From an uncultured Acidobacteriota bacterium (GTDB lineage: Bacteria; Acidobacteriota; Terriglobia; UBA7540): a stretch of 57,156 nucleotides of DNA. The notes under the pieces are model-generated. The model did not search any database and was not told the origin of the DNA. It saw only the letters and a program-made list of their open reading frames with translations. This document shows positions 33,158 to 41,507 of the stretch, piece by piece. Each line of letters opens with the position of its first letter. Positions within the stretch are counted from its first letter, which is position 1. The position numbers were made by a program, and so were the translations under genes. Where the stretch lies: assembly GCA_964533045.1 (NCBI GenBank), contig CAZHKT010000002.1, positions 994-58,149 on the forward strand, given 5' to 3'.

Positions 33158-34765
33158 ATGAGCGTACCCGGCTACAAACGCGGATCGATCTTCTGGGCAC
33201 TGACGCTGATTGCGGTAGGGGGACTCTTCCTCTATCAGAACTTCAATCCGGACCTTCGCCCCTGGCACCTCATCGCCAAGTACTGGCCGGTGATGATCAT
33301 CTTCTGGGGCCTCTCGAAGCTGATGGATTACCACCAGGCCACGCAACACCCGGAAACGGCTCCGCCCCCTCTCTTTTCCGGCGGCGAAGTTCTGCTGCTG
33401 CTGCTGGTCCTGGCCTGCGGAACGGTCATCAGCCGCCTGGTGCTGCACCCCATGCGTGACTGGCCACGTTCCTTCGGCATTGACCTCGATTCCGATTTCC
33501 TGATGAATACCTATTCCTACCCGGAAACCATCACCGTTCCGGCCAAAGCGGAAATCCGCCTGATGATCGAAGACCAGCGGGGCGATATCGAAATCCACGC
33601 CAGCGATCAGCCCGCCATCGAGGCCATCATTAAACGCGAAATCAAAGCCGCGAACGAGGCCGAAGCCAAAAAGGTCAACGACCAGCTCAAGGTGGAGATC
33701 GTGGAGGAAGCTGGAATCTTCGTGGTGCGCTCCAATCGCAGTTCGCTGCCCAACGAGGGGCGCGCGGCGCGCGTGGACCTGGTGCTGCGCGTGCCCCAAG
33801 CCACCTCCGCCGAGCTGCAGACGGAGCGTGGCGACGTCACCCTGGACGGTCTCAAGGGCGATCAGAACGTGACGGCGCGGCGCGGTGAAGTCCGCATCAG
33901 CAACGTGGAAGGCCTGGTACGCGTGCACAAGTCGGGCGGCACGGCCAGCCTGCGCGACATCAAGGGCAGCGTGGAGGTGGACGGACGCGGCGAGGACATC
34001 GAAATAACCGGGGTGACCGGGGTCGCGACGGTGAACGGCGAGTACACGGGTAACCTGACGTTTTCCAATATCGGCCAGACGCTGCGGTTCAATTCGGCCC
34101 GCACCAACCTGACGGCTCAGCGGCTGGCGGGCCGCCTCAGCATGGAACGCAGTTCGCTGGAAGCGCGCGGCGTGGACGGGCCCTTCGAGGTCTCCACCCG
34201 TCACAAGGACATCAGCCTCGCCGAATTCAAGCACAGTCTCAGGATCGTCACCAGCGGGGACGTCCGCCTCGAAACCCACACGCCGCCCACGCAGTCCATC
34301 GACGTCGAGGTGCGCAAGGGCGACATTGAACTGGCGCTGCCCGCAAAGTCGAATTTCCGCATCGACGCCGCCTCGCGCCATGGCGAAGTGCGCTCGGATT
34401 TCACCGGTCCGAACCTCCGAATCGTGTCCGAGGGAGAATCCCCCTCGATGACGGGAGCCATCGGCCAGGGAGGGCCCCTCATCCGTTTGACCAATTCCTA
34501 CGGGACCATTTCACTGGTGCGCTGGGGCCAGCACCAGGCTGCAGGCGACGAGGTCGCAGCTCCTGCCCCGCCGGAAGCGCCCACGGCCCCCGCGCTGCCC
34601 AAGCCCCCTTCCCCACCACGGGCACCGGTGGCACCCAAACCCCCTGCGCCTGCACCGGCAGAGGGCGGGAAATCGTCCACCGTCCGCTCTCGCGGCCACG
34701 ACACACTGTTCCACGCGCAAGTCTCCAGCATGATTCGAGTGATGACCTGCTTGAAAGACTTGTAA
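33158..34765 (+). CDS. DUF4097-family beta-repeat protein (LiaG-like putative adhesin) with an N-terminal DUF5668-like TM region and a Pro-rich tail
   Basis: Repeated G(D/E)(I/V)x(I/L) beta-strand units (GDIEIHAS, GDVTLDGLKGD, GEVRISNVEG, GEDIEITGVTG, GDIELALP). C-terminal PAPPEAPTAPALPKPPSPP. Confidence 0.75.
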   Translation: MSVPGYKRGSIFWALTLIAVGGLFLYQNFNPDLRPWHLIAKYWPVMIIFWGLSKLMDYHQATQHPETAPPPLFSGGEVLLLLLVLACGTVISRLVLHPMRDWPRSFGIDLDSDFLMNTYSYPETITVPAKAEIRLMIEDQRGDIEIHASDQPAIEAIIKREIKAANEAEAKKVNDQLKVEIVEEAGIFVVRSNRSSLPNEGRAARVDLVLRVPQATSAELQTERGDVTLDGLKGDQNVTARRGEVRISNVEGLVRVHKSGGTASLRDIKGSVEVDGRGEDIEITGVTGVATVNGEYTGNLTFSNIGQTLRFNSARTNLTAQRLAGRLSMERSSLEARGVDGPFEVSTRHKDISLAEFKHSLRIVTSGDVRLETHTPPTQSIDVEVRKGDIELALPAKSNFRIDAASRHGEVRSDFTGPNLRIVSEGESPSMTGAIGQGGPLIRLTNSYGTISLVRWGQHQAAGDEVAAPAPPEAPTAPALPKPPSPPRAPVAPKPPAPAPAEGGKSSTVRSRGHDTLFHAQVSSMIRVMTCLKDL

Positions 34766-34914
34766 CCCGGAGGGTGCAGGCATCGTGGGGAAGGGTGCCA
34801 TTCACCACCCGAAGCTGTTGCCGTGAGTCTGCAGCGGGGGTACAGACGAAGCGCCGTCCTTCCGGGCAGCAGGCCGGGCTCCCGGTGTAGTCAGGACTCC
34901 ATTGTCCGCTCGAG

Positions 34915-36216
34915 TCAGGCAGACACTCTTTCCAGCGTCTCAAAGAACTCCGGAAATGAAACGTCCACGCAGCCGCTGTCTTTGATGACGGTGGTCCCTT
35001 CGGCGACAAGACCGGCGACGGCAAACGCCATGGCGATACGATGGTCGCCGTAGGTTTCAATCTCCGCGCCGCGCAATCTCTGCCTGCCTGCCACGCGCAG
35101 GCCGTCGGGAAACTCCTCCACCTCGGCACCCATCCGTTTCAGGTTTTCCGCCACCACGGCAATGCGGTCGCTCTCCTTGACGCGCAGCTCCGCCGCGCCG
35201 TGGTAAGTCAATCCGTTCTCAGTCTGCGTGCCGAAGACGGAGAGGACGGGCAATTCGTCAATCAATCCCGGAACCATCGCGGCGGGGATTTCCCCGCCCC
35301 GCATCCGGCCCGGCTCGACGTGCAGGTCGCCCAGCAGTTCGCCGTTGAGCATCTCGACGTTGAGCACCTTGACGCGCCCGCCCATCGCCGCCAGCACATC
35401 GAGAATCGCCGTGCGGGTGGGATTCAGCCCGACGTTGTGAATCGTCAGGTTCGACTCCGGCACCAGCATTCCCGCCACCAGGAAGAACGCGGCGGAAGAA
35501 ATGTCGCCGGGAACGTAAAACTTCTTCCCCTCCAGGCGCACGCCGCCGCGCACCGCGATGGTGTGATGATGGCGTCCGATGTCCGCGCCCATCTGTTCCA
35601 GCGCAATTTCGGTGTGGTCCCGCGTGGCGGCGGGCTCGACCACTTCCGTCTCGCCTTCGGCATAAAGACCCGCCAGCAGCACCGCCGATTTCACCTGCGC
35701 GCTCGCCACCGGAAGCTGGTAACGAATCGGCTTCAGCGCTCCGCCTTCAATTTCCAGAGGCGGCAACCCGCCTTCCGCCGAAGTGATCCTGGCGCCCATT
35801 TGGGTCAGAGGCGCGATGACGCGCTTCATGGGCCGGCGCGAGAGCGAGGCGTCGCCGAACATCACCGACTTAAACGGCTGGCCGGCCAGAATCCCCGCCA
35901 GCATGCGCATCGTCGAGCCCGAATTCCCGGCATCGAGCCGGTCACCCGGCGCTTTCAGGCCGTGCAGGCCCGCCCCCTGAATGGTGACCGTATGGCCCTG
36001 GCGCTCGATCTTAACCCCGAGCTTCGCCAGGCACCCCAGCGTGCTCTGGCAATCGGCGCTGGAGGCAAAAACGTGGATTTCCGTCGGCCCTTCGGCAATC
36101 GCTCCCAGCATGGCGTAGCGGTGCGAGATGGACTTGTCACCCGGCATCTGAATGCCGCCCTCGAGTTTCCGCGCCGCCTGGATCTTCTTCGTCTTGGTCG
36201 AGCTGAAAAGTCCCAT
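34915..36216 (-). CDS. aroA: 3-phosphoshikimate 1-carboxyvinyltransferase (EPSP synthase)
   Basis: MPGDKSISHRYAMLGAIAEG and typical EPSPS blocks along the full length. Confidence 0.95.
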   Translation of the reverse strand: MGLFSSTKTKKIQAARKLEGGIQMPGDKSISHRYAMLGAIAEGPTEIHVFASSADCQSTLGCLAKLGVKIERQGHTVTIQGAGLHGLKAPGDRLDAGNSGSTMRMLAGILAGQPFKSVMFGDASLSRRPMKRVIAPLTQMGARITSAEGGLPPLEIEGGALKPIRYQLPVASAQVKSAVLLAGLYAEGETEVVEPAATRDHTEIALEQMGADIGRHHHTIAVRGGVRLEGKKFYVPGDISSAAFFLVAGMLVPESNLTIHNVGLNPTRTAILDVLAAMGGRVKVLNVEMLNGELLGDLHVEPGRMRGGEIPAAMVPGLIDELPVLSVFGTQTENGLTYHGAAELRVKESDRIAVVAENLKRMGAEVEEFPDGLRVAGRQRLRGAEIETYGDHRIAMAFAVAGLVAEGTTVIKDSGCVDVSFPEFFETLERVSA

Positions 36217-36234
36217 GGTACCTTTCCGGGCGAG

Positions 36235-38463
36235 CTACTTGGGCACGATTTCGATGAGCGTGTGTCCGAAGGCGGGGATCGTCACCTCCGCCTCAATCGT
36301 AGCCCCGTGCCGGACGGATTGACCCGTCACCTGGTAATCCCTCTCGGCCTCGAGGCCGAAGCGTTCCAGGTCAATCCTCACGCGGCGCGTCGTGGCCCGG
36401 TCCTCGAGATGGAAGCAGTTGACCACCGCCGACGAATGGTGCGGATGCCGGTGCAGGTGCGTCAACTCGTCAATGCCCCAGAACGTTCCCGCCGCGAAGA
36501 AGGGCTTGAGCCGGCGGTAGTCCGCCATCGCCTGCTTGTGCGCGGCGCGAACCCTTTCCTCCGGGTGCGTGCCGCCGATGCCCAGGTGGCGGCAGGTGGA
36601 GATGTTCCACCACAGCATCAGCGCGTGCTCGTTGTCCTTGCGGAGATCAATATGGATATACAACGGCATGGAATATGCAAGATTATAATAATATAGCGCC
36701 ATACTGTGTCCGCCCACCAGGTCGGTCATAGGGTCCCACATCAACTCGAAAGCCCACACCGTGTCGAACCCGCGCCCGCGAAGGGGCGCTTCCGGCTCGC
36801 CGTCGCCGTGACCGAAGTAGAGCGGCACATAGCGCAGGTGGGTTCCGCCCAGCAACTGGTCGTGCATCTCAATCAGCACCTCGGGGAATTTGTCATGCAC
36901 CATCTGCGCCAGCCGGTTGGTGGCCACGACGTGATCGTGCCGGCGCGAGGGAAGGGGATGCCCGTGCGCCGGGTCCCAGCACTCGCCGTTGAACTGGGTG
37001 CCGTCGAACATGAAGAACTTCGCGCCGCCCGCGGCCAGAGCCGCCAGCCGCCGGTTCGTCTCTTCCAGGTATTGTTTCGACGCGCCGCAGAGCGACAACG
37101 CGACGCGCGTGCCGTCGCGGTTCATGCGATCCATGTCGCGCGAGTAGGTTGTGGGGTTGCACCAGCCGGAAAGCGGCGTGTGCAGCGAAAGGCTCAGGTG
37201 GTAATCCCGGCGCAGCATGGTGCTGAAGTCCTCGATCGTGCCGAGGCGCGAGCTGTCCCAGATCTTCGAGGCGAAGCGCGTGTCCCAGCCCGGATCGAGA
37301 TAGAGGGCCTCGCAGCCGATGGCCTGCGCTTTGGCGGCCTCCTCCTTCATGTCGGCGAGCGTGTAGTATTTCGCGCGGTTCTCGGGCAAGTCCTGGCCGC
37401 CCATACTGATCCACCAGAGTTTGTTGTCGTACAGTTCGTTCCAGTGGGCGGGCGGATCGAAATCCTTCGGGCATCCGTGGCCGCGCTCTTCCATCTCGCG
37501 GCGGAAAACGTAAAAACCCTCCTCCAGGCCGCCGTCGAACGCGGTAAGGCGCGTCACGCCAAAAGGGTGCGATTGGCCCGGCGCGATCGAAACGCCCGGC
37601 TCGGGATCGCCCTCATAAATTCCAAAACCTCCCCAGCGCAATCCAACCCGGTCGCCGCCCAGGGGCACGCGGTCGAGCACGGCCCACTCCATCGCGTCGG
37701 GGCTGTACTTCGTAATCAAATAACCTCGTTTCCCGTCTGTCAGAACCCAGCCTTCCGAAGCGTACTGCCAGAACTGCGTCTCGATCCATCCGCCCTCGAA
37801 GATCTTGGGAATGGTGACCTCACCCCAGGCGAAGGTGGTGATGTCAGACCGCAGGATGGACTTGCGCGGCTCGGACAGAACCTGGGCCACCGTGTAATCG
37901 GCGTACTGGGTGCGATTCCCGTGGGGCTCGCGACGAAAAGGCACCGCCGTGAACTTGAAATCCGACAGCGGGCCGGTGACTTTTCCCCCGCGAAGCGTCA
38001 GCGGGAGAACCAGACCGCAGCGCGCTTCGGGCAGATTCAACCGGTTTTGCGAGCGATTGGTTAACGTAATCCACTCTTCGATCCAAGGCTGATCGGCAGG
38101 AACCACATACTCATGGACCACCGCAATGCCTTCGGGCGAAGTTGCACTGACCGAGAAGCTTCCGCCTTTTGCAGGTCGTGCCACGACATCCGAGAACGTC
38201 AGTTTGGCAAACGAGTGACTGTACAACCCGTCCGCAAGCGGCAGAGCGTTTCGTAAATCGGTGAGGCGCGTCCTCAGTCCCCCCTCAACAGAAATCTCCA
38301 ATCGGAACGCACCTCCGGAAGTGATCACCGCCTGGGAGGCAGCGACTCCCACGCCATGTGCGCCCATCGCTGCTCCACCCGCGGCCAGCAGTGCAGCATC
38401 GCGAAGGAATTTCTTACGCGAAATCTTCGATGTCCCGTCTGCCAAAGCGCACCTCGATCTCAA
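36235..38463 (-). CDS. putative exported glycoside hydrolase (alpha-galactosidase/GH-D-clan-like TIM barrel), Tat-like signal
   Basis: SRKKFLRDAALLAAGGAAMG resembles a twin-arginine signal, with RK in place of RR. The central region (CEALYLDPGWD..., GAKFFMFDG...) loosely resembles the GH36/GH27 catalytic barrel. The functional call is tentative. Confidence 0.45.
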   Translation of the reverse strand: MRSRCALADGTSKISRKKFLRDAALLAAGGAAMGAHGVGVAASQAVITSGGAFRLEISVEGGLRTRLTDLRNALPLADGLYSHSFAKLTFSDVVARPAKGGSFSVSATSPEGIAVVHEYVVPADQPWIEEWITLTNRSQNRLNLPEARCGLVLPLTLRGGKVTGPLSDFKFTAVPFRREPHGNRTQYADYTVAQVLSEPRKSILRSDITTFAWGEVTIPKIFEGGWIETQFWQYASEGWVLTDGKRGYLITKYSPDAMEWAVLDRVPLGGDRVGLRWGGFGIYEGDPEPGVSIAPGQSHPFGVTRLTAFDGGLEEGFYVFRREMEERGHGCPKDFDPPAHWNELYDNKLWWISMGGQDLPENRAKYYTLADMKEEAAKAQAIGCEALYLDPGWDTRFASKIWDSSRLGTIEDFSTMLRRDYHLSLSLHTPLSGWCNPTTYSRDMDRMNRDGTRVALSLCGASKQYLEETNRRLAALAAGGAKFFMFDGTQFNGECWDPAHGHPLPSRRHDHVVATNRLAQMVHDKFPEVLIEMHDQLLGGTHLRYVPLYFGHGDGEPEAPLRGRGFDTVWAFELMWDPMTDLVGGHSMALYYYNLAYSMPLYIHIDLRKDNEHALMLWWNISTCRHLGIGGTHPEERVRAAHKQAMADYRRLKPFFAAGTFWGIDELTHLHRHPHHSSAVVNCFHLEDRATTRRVRIDLERFGLEAERDYQVTGQSVRHGATIEAEVTIPAFGHTLIEIVPK

Positions 38464-40790
38464 AAATCAAACATGTATGTGTATTTTGCCAGAAGGGCCC
38501 GGGCCATGGTTCTGCGGTAGGGAGGCGGCAGCAGCCCCCCCGGATCGTTTGGCTCATACCCCAGGGTATCGAACCGGCTGTTATATACAATGAAAAGCCC
38601 CGTGTTGGCCATGCGAATCAGGGCGTAGCGGATGTTCACGCCCACCTGGCGCGTGGTGCTGTTGTACTGAATGAGCGATTGAAGATAACTCTTGGGCGTA
38701 AACGAGTAAGTGAATTGAAGGATGGCCAGGTCGGTCGCGAAATCCCCCACGGGCAATTCGACGTTGTTGCGGATGTAACGGGCCGACAGCAGGTAACGAT
38801 AACCGGAGCGCATTCCCGCGCCCAGCGTCAGCGTCTGGATGCGCCCCGAGTAGAAGGCGCCCCAGGCGTAGTTGAAGTTCCCGTAAAGCCGCGCGCTGGG
38901 GTCCGAGTTGGCGTAGGCTGACCAGTTGGCAAATGAATATTTCCCCACAGGCAGAGTCACGCCCGGAGTGATTTCAAACGGACGGAAGAGCTGTTCGAAG
39001 TTCTCATTGTAGGCGAGCCCGGCCTGACTGCCGTTATTGAAATCAATGCGGAAGTCGCTGTGCCGGAAGCCGGATTCCTGCTCGCCGTTGAAGCGGTAAT
39101 AGCCTTCCCAGTGGTGATGCGGCCAGAAGCGGCGGATGTAGCGGCGGTTGCGCGGGCGCGGGCTGGCGAAGATGCCGTAATTAGGCCGGCGATAGCCGAC
39201 GCGCCGCACGAAGCCCACCTGGGGATTGAAATCTTCCCCCAGTTGGGTGTAACCGCCCTCCACGCGCCACAGGTCGGTGTTATAGAGGACGGAGGTGCTT
39301 GCGGCGTAGTCGTTTCCGGTCCTGCCGGGCGTCTGCGTCCGCCCTGCGTAGTTGAACCAGGTGAAATGGTCGCCCAACCCAAGGTTGGCGTCGAGGGCAT
39401 ATGTCTGGTTGGAATGGTACAAATCGGCGCGCGATCCCGTGGGCGATTTATTGATGGCCAGCGCTCCCACCGAACTGCGTTTGCCGAATTCGCGGGACAG
39501 CCGCGCCACGGTGAAATTATTGCCCGGCGCCACGCCCAGGACGGGTCCGGTCTGCATATTAAGCAGGCCGATGTTATAGCGGCCTTGCTTGCCTGACAGC
39601 CGCACACCGCCCTGAATGGGGATTTGCGCGCCGCTGGAATCGATGCCGATGCGGCGGCTGAAAAAGAACTCCACTTCCTGCGGCGTGCCGACCGTAAAGT
39701 AGCCGGAGTTCTCCAGGAAGAAGGGGCGCTTTTCGGGAAAGAAAAGATCGAAGCGCGTCAGGTTCACCTGCTCCTCGTCCACTTCCACCTGGGCAAAATC
39801 GGTGTTCAAGGTGAAATCGAGCGTCAGGCTGGAGGTGAGCGTGTACTTCCCGTCGAACCCCACTTCGGGATGGTATTTCTTCACCGCCGGATCGCGCGAG
39901 TAGTCCTGCTGGATCCCTCCCAGAATAAAGGGAACGATTTGAAGGCTGCGGTGGAACTTCGCTTCCACGCCGCTCAGATCTCCGGCGAGCGAGACGCGCT
40001 GGATGTCGAAGGCGCGCGGCACCGGCGACCAGAACGACTGCTCGTTCTTGCGCCGCAGATTGCGCATGAAGTTGACGCCCCAGGCCTGGTGGCCGCCCGA
40101 TTCGAAGCGAAGCGTCTTGAGGGGGATCTCGAACTCAGCCTCCCAGCCGCGTTCCGTGATCTGTGTCTTAACGCGCCAGACACCGTCCCAGTTGAGATTG
40201 AAGGAGGAAATCCCGCCCGCCTGCGCTCCCGCCATGCCGGTGCCTCCGCTCTGGCCGGCGCGGGGCGGGCTGCCCAGCTGGCGCGACTGCCCGCCGTGCA
40301 CAATCTGCGCGTCATATTCGATGCCGGAGGCGGTGGTGGCGAAGATGTACCCGTTCTGATCGTCGTTGTAGGTGTCGAGCAGGATCTGGAAGGCGTCGGT
40401 CTGCTCGAGCGCGCCGTCGCGACGGCCCTGGGTGGACACGATCGCGGACGGATCAGAGTCGAAGCAGATCACAGCGAAGTAAAGTATATCCTGGGTATAA
40501 CCGATGCGGACTTCGGTAGGCTCGGAGGCGGGCTGCCCCTCCTGCGGCAGTTGCTGGATGAATCCCTTGGCCGGCTCAAACTGCAGCCAGCTGTCATCGA
40601 CCCGCCCGTCCAGATTCGGCGGCGCGCTGAGGCGGTGAGCCCGCACCGTTCGCGGCGATTCCGCGAGGCCGTTCTGCGCCGGGAGGGGCTGCGAACAAAG
40701 GATGGCGAGCAGCAGGGCTCCCAGCACAGCGGCCCCCGCCGGTGGATGCAGCGCACACCTTCGCCCGGAGGTGATGAATCCCTTTTCCAT
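38460..40790 (-). CDS. CBM9-like/DOMON + DUF5916 outer-membrane beta-barrel-type protein
   Basis: Signal peptide and an N-terminal PPNLDGRVDDSWLQ block typical of CBM9-like domains. A long beta-rich C-terminus ends in ...YTYMFDF. 4-nt overlap with the downstream gene. Confidence 0.65.
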   Translation of the reverse strand: MEKGFITSGRRCALHPPAGAAVLGALLLAILCSQPLPAQNGLAESPRTVRAHRLSAPPNLDGRVDDSWLQFEPAKGFIQQLPQEGQPASEPTEVRIGYTQDILYFAVICFDSDPSAIVSTQGRRDGALEQTDAFQILLDTYNDDQNGYIFATTASGIEYDAQIVHGGQSRQLGSPPRAGQSGGTGMAGAQAGGISSFNLNWDGVWRVKTQITERGWEAEFEIPLKTLRFESGGHQAWGVNFMRNLRRKNEQSFWSPVPRAFDIQRVSLAGDLSGVEAKFHRSLQIVPFILGGIQQDYSRDPAVKKYHPEVGFDGKYTLTSSLTLDFTLNTDFAQVEVDEEQVNLTRFDLFFPEKRPFFLENSGYFTVGTPQEVEFFFSRRIGIDSSGAQIPIQGGVRLSGKQGRYNIGLLNMQTGPVLGVAPGNNFTVARLSREFGKRSSVGALAINKSPTGSRADLYHSNQTYALDANLGLGDHFTWFNYAGRTQTPGRTGNDYAASTSVLYNTDLWRVEGGYTQLGEDFNPQVGFVRRVGYRRPNYGIFASPRPRNRRYIRRFWPHHHWEGYYRFNGEQESGFRHSDFRIDFNNGSQAGLAYNENFEQLFRPFEITPGVTLPVGKYSFANWSAYANSDPSARLYGNFNYAWGAFYSGRIQTLTLGAGMRSGYRYLLSARYIRNNVELPVGDFATDLAILQFTYSFTPKSYLQSLIQYNSTTRQVGVNIRYALIRMANTGLFIVYNSRFDTLGYEPNDPGGLLPPPYRRTMARALLAKYTYMFDF

Positions 40791-40885
40791 GAGAGGGGTT
40801 CCGGAAGATCGTCCAACGCCATGCGGCGCGCAACACCGTCAGCAAGGCGTGCGCCTGTGGGCTTTCACTGGACTCACGGAATTCT

Positions 40886-41445
40886 GAACGCGAACAAGCC
40901 TGTAAGCCGAATTCTGTGTCCCGTCCCGCGGAGCGGGACAGGGCGGCGACCATTCTTCTAGGTCCGGCATTGCTGCCGGACTCCAGCGACCTACCCGAGA
41001 GTTCGCCCCTGTAACGGCGGTCTCTGACCGCCGGCCTCTCCTCGTGCAGAGAACCCGTCGCGCCAGGCGGCGGTCAGAGACCGCCGCTACAGGGATTGCG
41101 GAGCGGGCCGCTCCTGCTCTCCTATTTGGTCTTGCTCCGTGTGGGGTTTACCCTGCCCCAGGTGTCGCCACCCGGGCGGTGCGCCCTTACATTAAGTCCG
41201 ATTCATCGGACCGCACCTTTTCACCCTTACCCCGATCAACCACATCGGGGCGGTATGTTTTCTGTGGCACTTTCCGTGGCGTCGGCGTACGCCCCGATGA
41301 GGTCGGGGATCCCCCGCCGCCCCTCGCTGTTAGCGAGCACACTGCCCTGCGGAGTTCGGACTTTCCTCTCCCCCGCCCATGCCAGCCCCGATGCAATTCA
41401 TCGGGACGCTCGGGCGGGGCAGCGATCGCCCGGCTTGCTCGCGCA
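40886..41445 (-). ncRNA. rnpB: RNase P RNA, bacterial type A, enlarged (~560 nt)
   Basis: The minus strand carries GAGGAAAGTCCG (plus 41357-41368), AGGGTGAAAAGGTGCGG, GGTAAACCCCAC, GCAAGACCAAATAGG and ACAGAATTCGGCTTA (plus 40903-40917). P1 pairs CGCGAGCAAGCC with GGCTTGTTCGCG; P2 pairs GGCGATC with GGTCGCC. A P19-like hairpin is present. End coordinates are +/-5 nt. Confidence 0.9.
41007..41094. repeat. REP family 1 doublet (88-nt inverted repeat) located inside rnpB
   Basis: CCCTGTAACGGCGGTCTCTGACCGCC ... GGCGGTCAGAGACCGCCGCTACAGGG. Each arm is itself a REP hairpin of the GTAGCGGCGG family. Confidence 0.8.
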
Positions 41446-41451
41446 AATTCC

Positions 41452-41480
41452 ATGATAGTCTCGTAGCCGGCGGTGGTCAA
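41452..41480 (-). promoter_or_regulatory. rnpB promoter TTGACC-17-TATCAT
   Basis: The minus strand reads TTGACCaccgccggctacgagacTATCATggaatttg, followed by the P1 5' strand. The spacing puts the transcription start at the predicted mature 5' end. Confidence 0.55.
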
Positions 41481-41507
41481 ACCCCTTCCCCGCCAGACGA
41501 GGGCTGG

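Noticed and set aside
32522-34381. 619-aa minus-strand ORF across the B-box and DUF4097 genes
   Set aside because: It is a shadow ORF antisense to two motif-bearing genes and shows no domain signal.
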